DNA of 64,000 nucleotides from Paragordius varius (lineage: Eukaryota > Animalia > Nematomorpha): the NCBI GenBank assembly GCA_964247055.1, contig OZ176055.1, forward strand, positions 5,394,001 to 5,458,000, given 5' to 3'. Position numbers and translations under genes: made by a program. The stretch's first letter is position 1, and the number at the start of each line of letters is the position of its first letter. Positions 35,450-49,300 of the stretch are shown in pieces. Under the pieces are notes generated by a model. It was not told the DNA's origin. It made no database searches and saw nothing but the letters and a program-made list of their open reading frames with translations.

Positions 35450-38400
35450 ATTCTTTTTTAGGGATAATGGAAATGAAGGAAAAGCCAGTGTTAACTTTTT
35501 GATCTACGCTTCCAAATATTTATGGCTTCCTTGTGCGATAGATGTACATTTAAATTTTTATATTGTGCTTATTTTAATAAATTTATACATATTAAGTTTA
35601 CAAAATGAGAACTCATTAAATAGATTAGAATACTGTATGCTGTAGTCAATTTTGACATCTACATTCTATATCAAATCTTTCCATTCAGGTTTTGTTTTTG
35701 TTTTCATTAACGAAACTTTCAAGCCATCAAATTTTTTTAGCTTTTACATATAACGCTAACTTATCCTAATATTGATTTTTTTACCATTTAATTAGTTTTC
35801 AGATGTGGCCGAGATAAGAGAGCCTAGCTGCTGAATAACAGTATTAATTAATTGATCGTATTGTGGTTTTGTCATTTCATTGAAAGGAGTCTTCTCTAAA
35901 CGAGAGAATTTATTAAACTTCATTTTTAAAATTGATCACTCCCGCCTATATAAATATGTCAGTAAAATGATTGTTTTGACTACCCACATTTCAATTTAAA
36001 CTTATGCCTATTTTTTCATAATTGTGCACTTGAGCTCAAGCCTGGTCCAGTTTCCGAATTTTTATATGTTTGTTTATTTCGCATTTGACAACAAAGTTTT
36101 TATATTACAGTGTTAACCAAAATTATCTGATAATATACGATTTAACTGATATATTTATTAAGATTCGCATGATGCTTTTCATTTTTTTATAGTCACTTTA
36201 TGTAAAAAAAAATATTTACAATAATACAAATTAAAATTGCAGTACAAATGTTAGATTAGTTTTTATTTGGAAGAAATTAAATGCTAAAAACCAAATTTAT
36301 TTCACAAACTAAATTTAAATAGCTTCACTGTATTTATTTCAATTCAAATGTTAAAATGCAATAACACATAATAACCTTTTTACTTTTTGTCCTAGTTTAA
36401 ATATTTAGGGTAATTTAACATCCTTGAGTTCTTTATGTAAATAAATTAGTTTTGCTAGTTATTTTAGTTGAAAATTAATTATCAACATTCATTTATTAGA
36501 TAAAAAAAGCTTATTTTAGAATTTTGTGACTTCTAGAGTCTAAAATTGGGAGAGTTCCCAAACATGATTGAAACGAACAGCTGATATGAAAACTAAATAT
36601 CACGTTCTGGTAAAATGTAGCCAAGCTTTTTAAAGTTATTTATTTACATTTGATAACCATAAAAAACATTTATCATGCATTAGCGATTAATGTTGAAAAA
36701 TATGGCGGCAAAAAAGTTTATGTCGAGATTTTTTTTAGTTTTTAAATTTTTTAAAAAAAGTCTAAAAAAGCATATTTTTAAATTTGGCTTAATTACCTTA
36801 AATATTATTTAAGATATTCAAAAATTAATCGCTCTGGGATGTAAAACTAACCCAAAAGATAATGGAGTGTTAATGTTAAAAAGCAGGGCTTGGAACCGGG
36901 TTCCTGGGATTTTAACAACGGTTCAATTGGGATGGAACTAACGCGGTTTCGGTTCCACTTCTCCGGGAACCAGCCCGGTACCGATTCCAAAATTTCAGGA
37001 ACTACCTCGGTTCTGTCTATAAATTTTTAGGAACCAACCCGGTTTCGGTTCAACCCCCTTAATTTCCGGTTCCGATTAGATTTTTATAATAAAAATTTTT
37101 GTTTATTATTTAAATTTTATTGTAGTACTACATATTACATACTTCAAACTTTAAACCTAAAACTAAGCACCTACTATTATATTAGCTATAATTTTGGGCG
37201 ATTCTCTTCTAAAAAACTAATATTCATAAGTTGAGTCTATTTATAATACATATGTTCGTATGTATAGGTTTCCGTTGAAAAGTGTTTTTTCACCCTTAAT
37301 TTTCTTTTTTAATTCTTAAGAAGCAGTTGATCAGCGAATTGCTTGGTGCAATAATTTAAAATTAAATAAAGAGTTTTTTAGATGCCACACTTATATTACT
37401 GTCATTTTATACCTTTGTATTTTCCTATTATATTTTTATAATTTGTTTCATTAATTATGATACACTATATTTTTTTCACTATAATTTGGCAATTTATAAT
37501 TAATTGTTTGATAATTATTAATAATTTGGTTGTATTATTATAACAATAATTTTGTAAATAATTTAATCAAAAGTCGCGAACCGAAAAGGGAACCGCTTCT
37601 AAATGTAAAGAACCGGTTCCGGAACCGCTAAATTTTTAAGGAACCAACGCGTTGCCGGTTCCATTTGTTCAGGAACCGACCCGGTTCCGGTTCCACTTTT
37701 TTGAACCGGTTCCAAACCTTGTTAAAAAGTTAGTTAAGCAATGAAAGTTTAAAAAATTAATTTTTCTAAAAAGATTTATACACTTTGCCTGTAAAATCAA
37801 ATTTTATAACTCTGTTCTAATACCTTAGACGCGATTAAAACGTCTTTTCTTTAAAATCTATATCTTCATAATAAAAATTGATTTAAATTTATTGATGATT
37901 AATAATTTTTTAAATGAATTGCGCTTATATTTTTAAATTAGTATTTTACAATAAATCAGGTAAACAGCATTCAAACAAAAATTAAAGAATAATTTGCCTA
38001 TAAAATACGGGCAAAAACAAAAACATAAATCTTAAAAACATCATTTGTTGGTTCTTGTGCCATAATTAGCAAACTTATTTTAAGTACTGACAATTAACAA
38101 ACCTGGCATGATAACTAATTTTAATTAGAAAATATAAAAATGATACATTAGTATATATTAAAATTTACAAAAGGGCCCATATATATCTGGTATAAAACGA
38201 TTGACATCTTTCTAAAGATATCATATTGACTCTATCTATAATGATTTATTTAATGAGTACAAAAAAATTCCAAAATTTATTAAAGATTTGATCATATCCA
38301 AATTTAATATATATAAATATAGTCGACTAAAGCATTTTTGTCAATTGCACGATTAAGTATTGCACTTTTTTAAAAACAATGAACTTTTTAAAGTTTAAGA

Positions 38401-39815
38401 TTTAATTCGTGTAGTATACATTCGATTTTTCGCAACGCTTCTTTGATTTCCAAATAATCTAATTATTAGATGTAAAAATATACTATTTTCAGGTTTATGT
38501 TGATTAGAGCATGTTAAATCCTTTATGTCTTCATCCACTTTCTTTGGTTTTTTAACCTAAAATTATTGTAAAATATTAAACCCTATTAAGTGTTTCAGCA
38601 ATGGAAGCTAAACAATCATCAATTGTGTTTTCGACCACCTAATTAATTTAAAAAAGACAAGTAATATTAATAACAATAGAAAAAATAAATTAGAGATAGC
38701 AAATTGATATTTTCAACAACATAAATTTTGATACCATCAAAAATTGTGAAGACGATTTTTATAGAAAATATATTTAATGAAATATTGTCTACTATCAAAT
38801 TAACATGATAAACTATTTGCCTGCCATGTACAAAAGAGCAATCTGAGACGCCTAAAACCAAATCTAAATTCTTAAATTTTATGCATGAACTTCCGCATCC
38901 CATTTTTCTGAAACCAGCCCGGTTACCGTTTCGATGTAAGAACCATTCCGGTTCCAGTCTATTTTTCAACCATTTCAGTTCTGCATGAATATAAGATTAG
39001 TTTGAACTTTAAACAGGGTTAACCAAAGTGATCGATTGTGAAATATACGCTTATATATTTTGTTATAGAAATTTGCGTAACTTAATATATACAACGCTTT
39101 TAGCACAAGCTAAGTGTAACCACGAGCTCGTTTTGTATATATTTTTGTGTAACTTCTCCAAAAAATATATTTTGTAACGCCTTTAAAAATATAAAAATTT
39201 ATTAATTTTTAGACTCGATCTAATAAATTTTATGGGATAAATATCAGAACAATTATGATAATTACAAGAGTTTTCGCTCATATATTTATTGCGATTAAAT
39301 TGAAAATTTTTAGCGATCAAAATGATTTTAGCGATACTTTTATATTCTCAATTTATAAAAAATATATCAAACATAAATAAGTTATGTGATTTAATTGCAA
39401 ATCACTCTAAATATGCTAATAAAATGAATGTAAGTATTACTTAATAAATGACACAAATTTTAAATTAACCTTTTCTTTATCCTTAACATCTTGTATGTTT
39501 TTAATCAAATCCGTATTATCCTTCAAATATAATTTTAAAAAACCTGGTGTATATCAACTTTTTCAATAATTGGATCTCGATTTTCATTCGTAATAATTTT
39601 AGACTTTTTTGCGGGCTTTTTCTTCATATTTTTAATATCGTTATTGCTGTAAAATAGACTTTCGTAATGGTTATGTATAGGATTTAAAAAATAAATATTT
39701 TCATCGTATTTAGGGTCGTACATTTGAAACATTCATTTACACATGTTATTTTTTGTTATCCATTGAATACAACTTACCCATCAAGTACTTATTGGGGTCG
39801 GTGTATAACCCATGC
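35450..39815 (-). CDS. Probable unrecognised multi-exon gene (no family recognised)
   Basis: ORF 39535-39732 splices through a 23-nt GT-AG intron (39521-39543) in phase to a 17-codon exon (39470-39520) that ends at a GT donor. Further coding-like stretches lie at ~39060-39180, ~38900-38985, ~38400-38640 and ~35640-35960. The full model was not assembled. Confidence 0.35.
36884..37721. mobile_element. hAT MITE with a perfect 8-bp TSD
   Basis: TIRs CAGGGCTTGGAACCGG / CCGGTTCCAAACCTTG, identical 8-bp flanks TTAAAAAG (36876-83 and 37722-29), and dense subterminal GGAACC/GGTTCC repeats at both ends. Confidence 0.9.
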
Positions 39816-40580
39816 CTGTTAAAAATTTATATTTTAAAAAACATGAATGAATAAAATCATGACCGATATATAAAAAAAATCAATCAAAAATATGTGATAT
39901 TACTTATTTTGCCATCATAACATGTGTGAACTAATTTAAATCCACATTAAACCACTTTTTCTGTTTCCACTAATGTTAGATGTGATTTAAAAAATAATTA
40001 GCTTTCATTTTGGCATTATAAGAAAATAAAGCCGAAATTTGCAAAAATGTAAGATAATGGCGTCGAGTATTTTTATCTAAAACCTCTTTTTCCAATACTA
40101 AATTTTATTTGGATATTTCGACTTTTTATATAGCTTTTATCATTAATTTGGGACCGTTTCTATGACACGATTCAAAAAAATTAACTTAAATTTATATACC
40201 CCATTTAAATCGAAGTGATATTCAGCATAAAAAATAATTTGAAAATCTGTTTTTATTTATAATTTATTACATTCGTCTTTTCATTTTTTTGTTCTAATAT
40301 ATCGTTCGGGTAGTTTGATATCCAAGAGCTCAATTTAGTATATTAACTAAAGTTTTGTTTTAACTAAAGTTTAATTATCAATAAGTTTTCTCTTGCATTA
40401 AATGAAAAATATACTTTATTACAGTTTTGTGACTTCCAGGGTCTGAAATTGGGAGTGGTACAAAACACGGTATTGATGTTGAAATCATAATATATCGAGT
40501 TTTTAGTCGTAAAATATAGCTTAAAAGTTTTTAAAGTAACAATAGTATCCGTTTAGTTGCGTGATATATAAGCGACTTAG

Positions 40581-41945
40581 CACTTCGATTCAAATTGGGC
40601 TATCTAAATACTCCAGACTAAATTTAAATTAACATTTTTAAAAAACTACTGAAGGAAGCGGTCCCAATTTAAATTTATGGTTCTATCCTAATGATAATTA
40701 TATAAAAAAGCCAAAATATCTAAATAAAATTTCGTTTTGAAAAAAAACTCTATGTCAAACTACTTCGACGGCATTTTTATTTTACAAAATTTTTACAAAA
40801 TATCGTTTTATTTGATTCTAACGTAAATTACGGGTCGGGTGATAAAAAATTTTTTTTGACTTGGCTTACAAATTTTTCAAGTATGGCTTGCTTTCATGTG
40901 ATAAAAAAAATTAACATTACACGACTTAAGTCAAGCAAGAAAACTTGATAAGGAGGTGATAAAAAATAATATGATCAAGTAAAACTTAAAGATTTTGCAA
41001 GTGTGGTGTAGGGCACACTTGACAGATTTGAAAATATGGATAAAATTATTTTGGAAACTATTTATGTATAAAATTTAGGTTCTATATGTAATTTAAACCT
41101 TTGTAAATTCTATAAATTGTTAATTTGATAAATTTTGGCTAATGAATCTATTCATCGGGTGGATACAAAAGAGGATAAATTTATAGAAAAACTCTGCTAT
41201 TATTTAATAACATGGTATATAAAAATATGCTAAATATATCAATTCCGTGACCGCAAAAAATTTTGGATTCTGGAAAATTTCTTAAAATTATTAATTAAAT
41301 ATTAATCTTGTAAAATTTCAAATCATTGTTTTATTAAAATGCAAAAGTTTTCTATTAACCAATGTAAAGAAATTATTTCATCATAAATTTATTTCGAATG
41401 TAATGTTTATAATCAATTAAAAATAATTATGTTATATTGTATAAACATATTTGCAAATGGCCTCCAAAAAAAATGTAGTCTGATAAAGAAATGGAAATTG
41501 TTTAAGGGCAAATGGTTTCATCAATCTAAAAATTAATACCAGGAATATTTAAAAAATTCTATAATATTAAATAAGATACTTGCCAGTATGTTTAAAAAAC
41601 GTCAATAAATGCATATTGTATTGATTGTTTATCTTTTTGCACCTTATTTTATAAATTTTGGCTGAAAATGATCAAATAATTTCTGTAAAATTCGAATCGG
41701 GTGGCAAAAAAATGTTACATTCATAAGCAAAAGACTTGACTTAAGTGTTTTTTTATCACCGATCTTCAATTGTACACTTACTGGCTTAAGTAATCTTGCT
41801 CAGCTTGCCACGCTTGACTTACAAGTCAAGTGCGACTTTTTTTTATCACCCCACCCTACATTTAACATTGATAAAAGTAGCAAATGGGGTCTATTTTCTA
41901 TTATTTTCAATTTAGCCAGTTGACTAAATTTTTAGCTTTAGGTTT
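40581..41945. mobile_element. Interrupted copy of the piggyBac-like MITE family (split by the 40831-41856 insertion)
   Basis: Begins ttag|cacttcgattcaaattggg and follows the 41954-42722 copy up to 40830, then resumes at 41857. An older fragment of the same family lies at ~40020-40220. Confidence 0.65.
40831..41856. mobile_element. TA-targeting (Tc1/mariner/pogo-type) MITE, ~1 kb
   Basis: TIRs (c)gggt(c/g)gggtgataaaaaa at both ends and subterminal ttgactt/aagtcaag repeats. TA is duplicated on both sides; the empty site 'gtaaattacatctaacatc' is present in the sister copy at 42222-42240. Confidence 0.8.
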
Positions 41946-41953
41946 TCTATTAA

Positions 41954-42722
41954 CACTTCGATTGAAATTGAATTATCTAAATACCCCAGACTAAATTTAA
42001 ATTAATATTTTTCAAAAACTACTGAAGGAAACGGTCCCATTTTAAATTTATGCTTCTATCCTGATAAAAATTTTATAAATATGCCAAAATATCTTGATAA
42101 AATTTTGTTTTAAATAAAAGTTTTATCTCAAACTACTTCGACGCCATTTTTATTTTACAAAAATTTTGCATAATATCGTCTTCATTTAATTTTAAGGGTA
42201 AAACTAAAGCTAATTTTTTATGTAAATTACATCTAACATCGATAGAAATAGAAAAAGCGGTTTATTTTGTATTATTTTTCAATTTTACCATTGCTCACAT
42301 GTCAGTTGGCCTAAATTTTTACCTTTCGGTTTCAGCTTAAAATAACTAATATCAAGTATTTTTGAATAATTTTATATAATTCGGTTTATTTATATCATAT
42401 AAGTGCAAAATTTTGCCATGGATTCAATTCCTTCCATATTTTTTAAAGAATTTAATTTTAAACAGCCTGGGGTATTTAACTACCCCAATTTAAATCGAAG
42501 GACTAAATTGAATGTGTTGTATCCAAGTGTTAATATACGTAATATCTAGTATTTTTGAATGAAATTTTTTATATATTTCGGTTTATTAGTATTATATGGC
42601 AAAATTTTGCTAATTTTGATTTCTTCCATATTTTTTAAAATATTTAATTTTAAACAGGCCTGGGGTATCTAACTACCCCAATTTATATCGAAGGACTGAA
42701 GTGAATTTGTTGTATACAAGTG
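41954..42722. mobile_element. piggyBac-like MITE (TTAA-flanked), reverse orientation relative to 12531-13351
   Basis: TTAA|CACTTCGA...AAGTG|TTAA (TTAA at 41950-53 and 42723-26). Long reverse-complement similarity to 12531-13351; duplicated terminal module at ~42330-42530 and ~42550-42722. Confidence 0.75.
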
Positions 42723-43678
42723 TTAAAATAGGCTGCAAAATTGCAATATGGGAGCTTTAGAGATCTTTTTTTAACTATAAAAACAATTATTTGACAGATT
42801 TATTCACGATTCTAAAAAAATTGTATAAAAACGGTTAAAAAGTTTGAGATGCTGATTTTTTCCTGATAAAAATTTTTTGTAGGCGTCGGATAGTGATAGA
42901 AAGCATATTTATAAATTTTGCCCTGTGCTATAAGATAATTTTAAATGAACCAAAAATCATCCCAAAAGGTCATTAACTGTTGATATACAAACAAATTCAT
43001 CAATAAAAACTCTGAGGTTATATTACCGCATAGAATATATCTATTTTGCATTAAAAAACCATAAAACATTCTACAGTAAATTTTACTGCGTACGGGAATC
43101 ATAAATTTAAATATTTTTTTGCATTATAGATTATATGATGCAGATCTTGCGATTATTATACATGGAGCTACCGAATGTCGTAATATCTTTTAAAATCACT
43201 AGCAAGGTCCAGAAACACAATTAGATTGCTGAAACATTTGACTATCAGAATATATATATTAAATTAGGATATTTTTGTGCGATTGTGTAATGAGTGCTAA
43301 ACACGACTTTTAAATATAAATCAAACATAGTGACAAATACTTGTTATGTGACTCGTATCCAAAACCAAAAACAAGATAATCGGATACATTTTTTAAATAT
43401 ATTTTCTACGTGTTATTTTGCCTGTCATTTCATAGATTTATCATGTTTAATATATTGACATATACATCTTTTCTAATAATCAATACTCTGGGACATTAAT
43501 CTCTTAAAATAATTTTATATAAGATTTAAAGGGATTTGAAGCGATAATGATGCATGAAAAACCTATCCACCATTTATTTAAAAAAATATGTCCTATTTTT
43601 TTCGCAGAAGCATAGTCCAGAAACTAATTGTGATGATATATAAAGCCCAGATGACTGACAAATATCTGCTTAAACCTC

Positions 43679-45537
43679 ATGATCTCAAATATTAAAATAT
43701 TTTTAACACTTCTATTATTTATTAAAAATTCGGACGAAGATATACAAATATTTGAAAAGCATATAAATGTACCCTTAGATCATTATAATGCTAGTGATAA
43801 TAGGCAATTTAAATTGCGATATCTTATAAGTGATGATGCATGGAATTTACCAGATTCCCCAATCATTTTTTATACCGGCAATGAAGGAGATGTATACCTT
43901 TTTAAATCAAATTGTCAATATTTGGAAAATTTAGTTTCTACTTATCAAGGCCTACTTGTTTTTGCTGAACATCGATATTATGGAACAAGTTTGCCTTTCG
44001 GCCCAAACAAAACATTTCTCATTCAAAATATGAAGTATCTGACTAGTGAGCAGGCTTTATTAGATTTTGCTTATCTTATCAAATACCTTTTGTCAGTTCG
44101 AAATGATGCTCCTCATAGGCCTATTATTGCAGTTGGTGGGTCTTACGGTGGAATGTTAGCTACATGGATACGACAGAAATTTCCACATTATATTACTGGC
44201 TCAATAGCGGCGTCCGCCCCATTGAATATGTTTTATCAAAAAGTGTCTTGCGAAACATTTTATTATATCACCAGTTCGGTTTACAAAAACGTTTCAATAC
44301 ATTGTTTTGATACCATACAAAAATCATGGGCCATAATTGATTCATTATTCAAGAATACGAGTAATTTACCTCTCATTAATGATATATTTAATGTGTGCAA
44401 TGATGCTCCACTCTTGGTTAATGAAAGCAGTTATCTTAAAGATTGGATATCTGACATTTTAGTTAGTGTTGCAATGGCCAATTACCCTTATCCAGCAAAT
44501 TTTTTGGGTGAAATGCCTGCTTGGCCTGTTAAAGAAGTTTGTAAACGTTTAGAAGTTGTCCACACAACCGATTCAGATGCATTACATTTAAAACGTCTCT
44601 ATAATGCCATTTCCGTTAGCTTCAATTATACAGGACAAGCCACATGTAATAATATTAATGGTAGATCATCACCATTGTTTGCTACGCAAAAATTTGGTAT
44701 ACCTAGATCTAAATTTTTAATCAGCTGGGATATATTGAGAAATCCACAAAAAATTAAACATTTACACTATGCCATAAACAATGATTTAAGTTATTCAGCT
44801 AACCAAGATTCCCCTTCTCTTGGGTATTTAGCTTGGGCCTATCAATCTTGCACTGAGATGGTGAATCCAATATGTTCACCACTTAATTTAACGGGTAACA
44901 TGTTTGAACATTCAGTTTGGAATTTTACTGCATACGCACAAAGTTGCCGAGAATTATTTAATGTAACGCCAACACCCGATTGGTTGGCTACGCAATATGA
45001 TAAGCCTATAAAGGCCCAGAAATTTTATGATAAAAGCATATCTTCAGCTCTTACACCAATAGATTCGTACTCACGGATAATTTTTACAAATGGGCTATTG
45101 GATCCTTGGTCAGGTATGTTAAACATACAAATAATGTTAAAATTACCATTTTTTTTCACAAATAAATATATAGTGATCTCCTTACTTATTGATAAAATAT
45201 ATCAAATCTTTGACCTTTAAGCCTTTTCACCAAAAATTAAAATGTATTTAGGATATATAGATATATTATATGACCATTTTTATTACTTTTAGGAGGTGGG
45301 GTATATAAAGAACAACCTTCTCGTGACATTTGGTCTTTAGTTATGCCTGAAGGAGCTCATCATTTGGACTTGCGGGCACCTAATATTAGTAGTGATCCTG
45401 AATCAGTTAAAAATACTCGTTTATTGGAATCATTGTATATTTACAAATGGCTATGTCCAGTAAAAATTGAATTATACAGACAAAACATAAAGTCTAGAAA
45501 AGACAAATATTTTTGTAGCATATTTTATGAAACCTTG

Positions 45538-45543
<6 letters not shown>
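43679..45543 (+). CDS. PRCP: Serine peptidase family S28 (lysosomal Pro-X carboxypeptidase/DPP7-like)
   Basis: Signal peptide; LDHYN, PIIFYTGNEG, AEHRYYGTSLPFG, GGSYGGMLATW (catalytic Ser), MANYPYPANFL, WAYQSCTEM, NGLLDPWS (Asp). The intron 45114-45292 is followed by exon 45293-45543 with EGAHHLDLR (His). Orthology to PRCP versus DPP7 is not certain. Confidence 0.9.

Positions 45544-45577
<34 letters not shown>
45542..45577. repeat. (TA)n microsatellite directly after the PRCP stop; other (TA)n tracts at ~8398-8425, 8935-8955, 9431-9455 and 27717-27735
   Basis: Directly visible dinucleotide runs. Confidence 0.9.
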
Positions 45578-45578
<1 letters not shown>

Positions 45579-46336
45579 CATTTTTGTTATTGTGATAAAC
45601 AGTAATATAAATATATTATTATCATGAAAAATAAGAATATATAAAAGAAAAAAAATAATTCATTTATTAATTCTATCCAAAAAATGTGTTCAATGGATAA
45701 TTTGATTAAGAAAAAATCATGATGTTTATATATATACCAATTGGGAAATTGTCATATACAGTAATATAATTATGATGTTGTTCATGGTAAATTTTATTGA
45801 ACAAAAGGCCTTTTCTAAGTTTTTTAAGAACACATCATGCAGAAAAAATTATAAAAATATTTATTATTACAAAAAAATTCATTCATTATCAACAACATCA
45901 TGATTTTATATTGTATCGAATTTATCAAACATATTCCATAAATTAAATAAATAATTATTTTTTCCTTTTAACATTAATATTTTTCCGCGATAATCATATA
46001 TTACTAACTGTATATATAACAAAGTAATCACGAATTATCATTATTTTGAAACTCAAAACGATAGGTTATATTAACTCAAGGTTTAAAAAAGTATGGATGT
46101 ACTTTTCAAAAATATATGCCTTTTTTTTGGGTTTTGTCACTATCACTTCAATTTTTACTTAAATTATAAATATAGGCATGCCGCATAGTATTAATATATG
46201 TGAAAATTATTTTTCATCTTTATAAATCTTGTTTTAAACCGAAAAACCTTAGAAATGAGTAATAATTTTACATTTATTTATAATAATAAATCGCTTTCAT
46301 ACAATAAATTGTGATTTAGAAAAAAGAACAATTAGT

Positions 46337-49300
46337 CTAATCTTTAACAATTTGTATGGTAAGATTTGATATAAGAGGTGCCAATTTATCTGTCACATGT
46401 GCTGCAACCAATTGTTCATTAGCATCTGGATGACATCGAACTTTAAGCGAACCCACCTAAAATCAATTAATTGATCACATAAAATATTTTATGCGTCTAA
46501 CAATTTATAGGAACTCTTGGCTTTAATAATATTCGTAACTTTCCATAATTTTAAGCTCGTTCAAATAGAATAGCATGAAATTTTTAATCTTTTTAATTAA
46601 TATAAAGTATTTAACATAGAATTAACTGTAATACTACCATGTTTAAGTTTGAGAAAAAATAATATAAAATGTCTTTTGGACGAAAAAAATTGTATTAAAA
46701 TGTCAGTAATTTGTTTTTGGCTTACCGTTTGACCAAAAGATAGGATCCAAAAATGTTCATGACAAATCTCTAGGACACCATCCAGGGTACAGGCTTCTTG
46801 AATGCATCGTTCCAATTGTCCCACCGTGTATTGAGGAGAAACGGTTTGAAGCAATATTTTACCCATGGTTCGTGCTATGGGGTACATTGTGACAAAAGTG
46901 GAAAACAATATAATTACACAACAAATCACATCCACCGTAATATTGTTGGTTTGAATGAGATTGGTTTGTTTACTAAACACAAGTGAATTATAACATTGTA
47001 ATAATCACAAAAGCATTTAAACAAAAAAGTGGTGTTTTCAATTTCATTCATACTAAAAAGCCTATCCTTTAAAAAGTTAAATCGAAAACCTTAAAATATA
47101 ACTCCATAATCAAGCGTTTTAATCAAATTTTAGGAATTGACATAAAATCAAGAGACCAGAATTTTTATATTTTAATTAAAAAAGCCAATTTAACTATTTT
47201 TTTTAATAATTATTCTACATTTGGTCTAAATCATTGATAATTTTTGTTTTATTAATTTTCCATAATCTGGCTTGCAAAAATTCATTTTCAAAGACTTAAT
47301 TATATTAATTCAAAATAATGTGCGCCATGTATATAAGAAAAATTCCATTAAGCTACACTGTTAATTTTGAAATAAGCGTTGACATTAATCAATATGTATA
47401 AAATCAATATTATTATTATATTTATTTACCATGAAACAATACTTTTGTTTGATGGAATAGTTAACATATGAATGAAAGTGAAAGACAAAATCGGAACCGT
47501 GACCAATTTTAATTTATTCTAAACTTTTAAACAGCGGTTCCATTTCAAACATAAACAACTTTTAAAACAAAAACTAAAATATAAATGTTGAATATTTCTT
47601 AAAACCCGAAAAACCAACATAATAATATGATTTTGATTTTTTTATAAAATTTGATGGAGACTGCGAGTACACATAAATTTCTAGATTTAATATTAATTAA
47701 CATCATACAAAGCATATTTAAATATTTTTATGGCTGCGAAATATATATACATAAATTAAATGCATACTCAGACATCGATGAGTCAGGATCGGTTTGATTA
47801 TAAAAGAAACCCAAGCCAACATAAATCAGAAGAGCAGACAATGAATTGAGAAGATTAAATGGATCATTTATATTAAATACGGGGTTGGACTTTCCCCAAT
47901 GTTTAACGTTGGCTTGCCCATTTAGATTGGCGAATTCGTAATCATGGTTAAGTTGATGCGAACGATAAAGAAACACATGAGGTGATATGTAATTTCGTAA
48001 AAATTTTGGCAGGTATTGACAAGAACTGAAATTTGAAAAACAATATTAAATACGCCAATATATGTTGTAAAAATAAAAGTATTTGATATATTATATTCAG
48101 ACAATTATTATCCGTTCTATATTTTTGCGGTGATACGCAACATTAAGCTAACACTTAAATACAACACATTCATTTCATCCTTCGATTGAAATTCGGGTAG
48201 TTTACCCTAGGCTCGTTAAAAACCAAATGTTTCAAAAATTATGGTATAAATTGAACCCATAGTAAAGGTTTGCACTTCTATAACATTAATCCAAAATATT
48301 AAAAAAATTTTATTAAAAGATACTTGATATTACCTATTCAGATGTAAAACCCAAAGGTTAAAATTTAGCCATCACATATGTGCTTAAGCTAAATATAAAA
48401 ATGATAAATTACCACTTTTTCTTTTTATATCAATGTTAAATGTGATTTTAATAAAGAGGTAAACTAAATTTTTGCCTTAGAATCAAACAAACACGATATT
48501 TTGCAAAAATATTGTAAAATAAAAATGGCGTCCAAGTTTGATACGGAACCTTTTTTTCCAAAACTAAATTTAATTTAGATATTTTGGCTTAATATAATTT
48601 TTATTAGGATAGAAGCATATTTTAAATTTGAACCGTTTCTTTCTGTATATTTTAAAAATTAAACTTAAATATCGTCTGGGGTATTTAGATACCACAATTT
48701 AATCAAAGTGTTAATAATAAGTAATTTAAACTCACTTTTGCATAATATCAATGATCTGTAGTTGTAAAGCGTTTGTTCCACTCAAAGCAATAGCTTTATC
48801 ATAAGAGGTTGCTCGATTATTATTCACAAATTTTAGGCCATAAGTTACGCATAATTGGGCGAGGAATCCTGCTAACAAAACATTTTTGAAATGATAAAAT
48901 CTCAAATCGATTTGCGAGGAATGGGAATGAAAATTATTGTTATTATCTGACATTGTAATAAAAGTCTCAAAACAATCCTTAAAGCTAAAGAATGCTGCTA
49001 TCTGTGCCAGAACCACAGAAACAAAAACACTCAAAATCTCAAAACGATCATACCTAAAAAATATAAATTTTGCATACCCATATGGGAAATTTAAATTTGG
49101 TTTCTGGATTTTGCACCAACTTGCAATCAAATAGGTTAAAACCCTATAAAAGTTTAAATGACGATATCGTACCTTAACACATCAAATAGAATTAAATGGG
49201 TAAAGGCTTTGATTGCCAAGGAATTGGTATGATGAGCTACGTGAGCACTATAATAAAACACTAAGCTGTGGCATGTAAACCAAAAAATACAAATTTTTTC

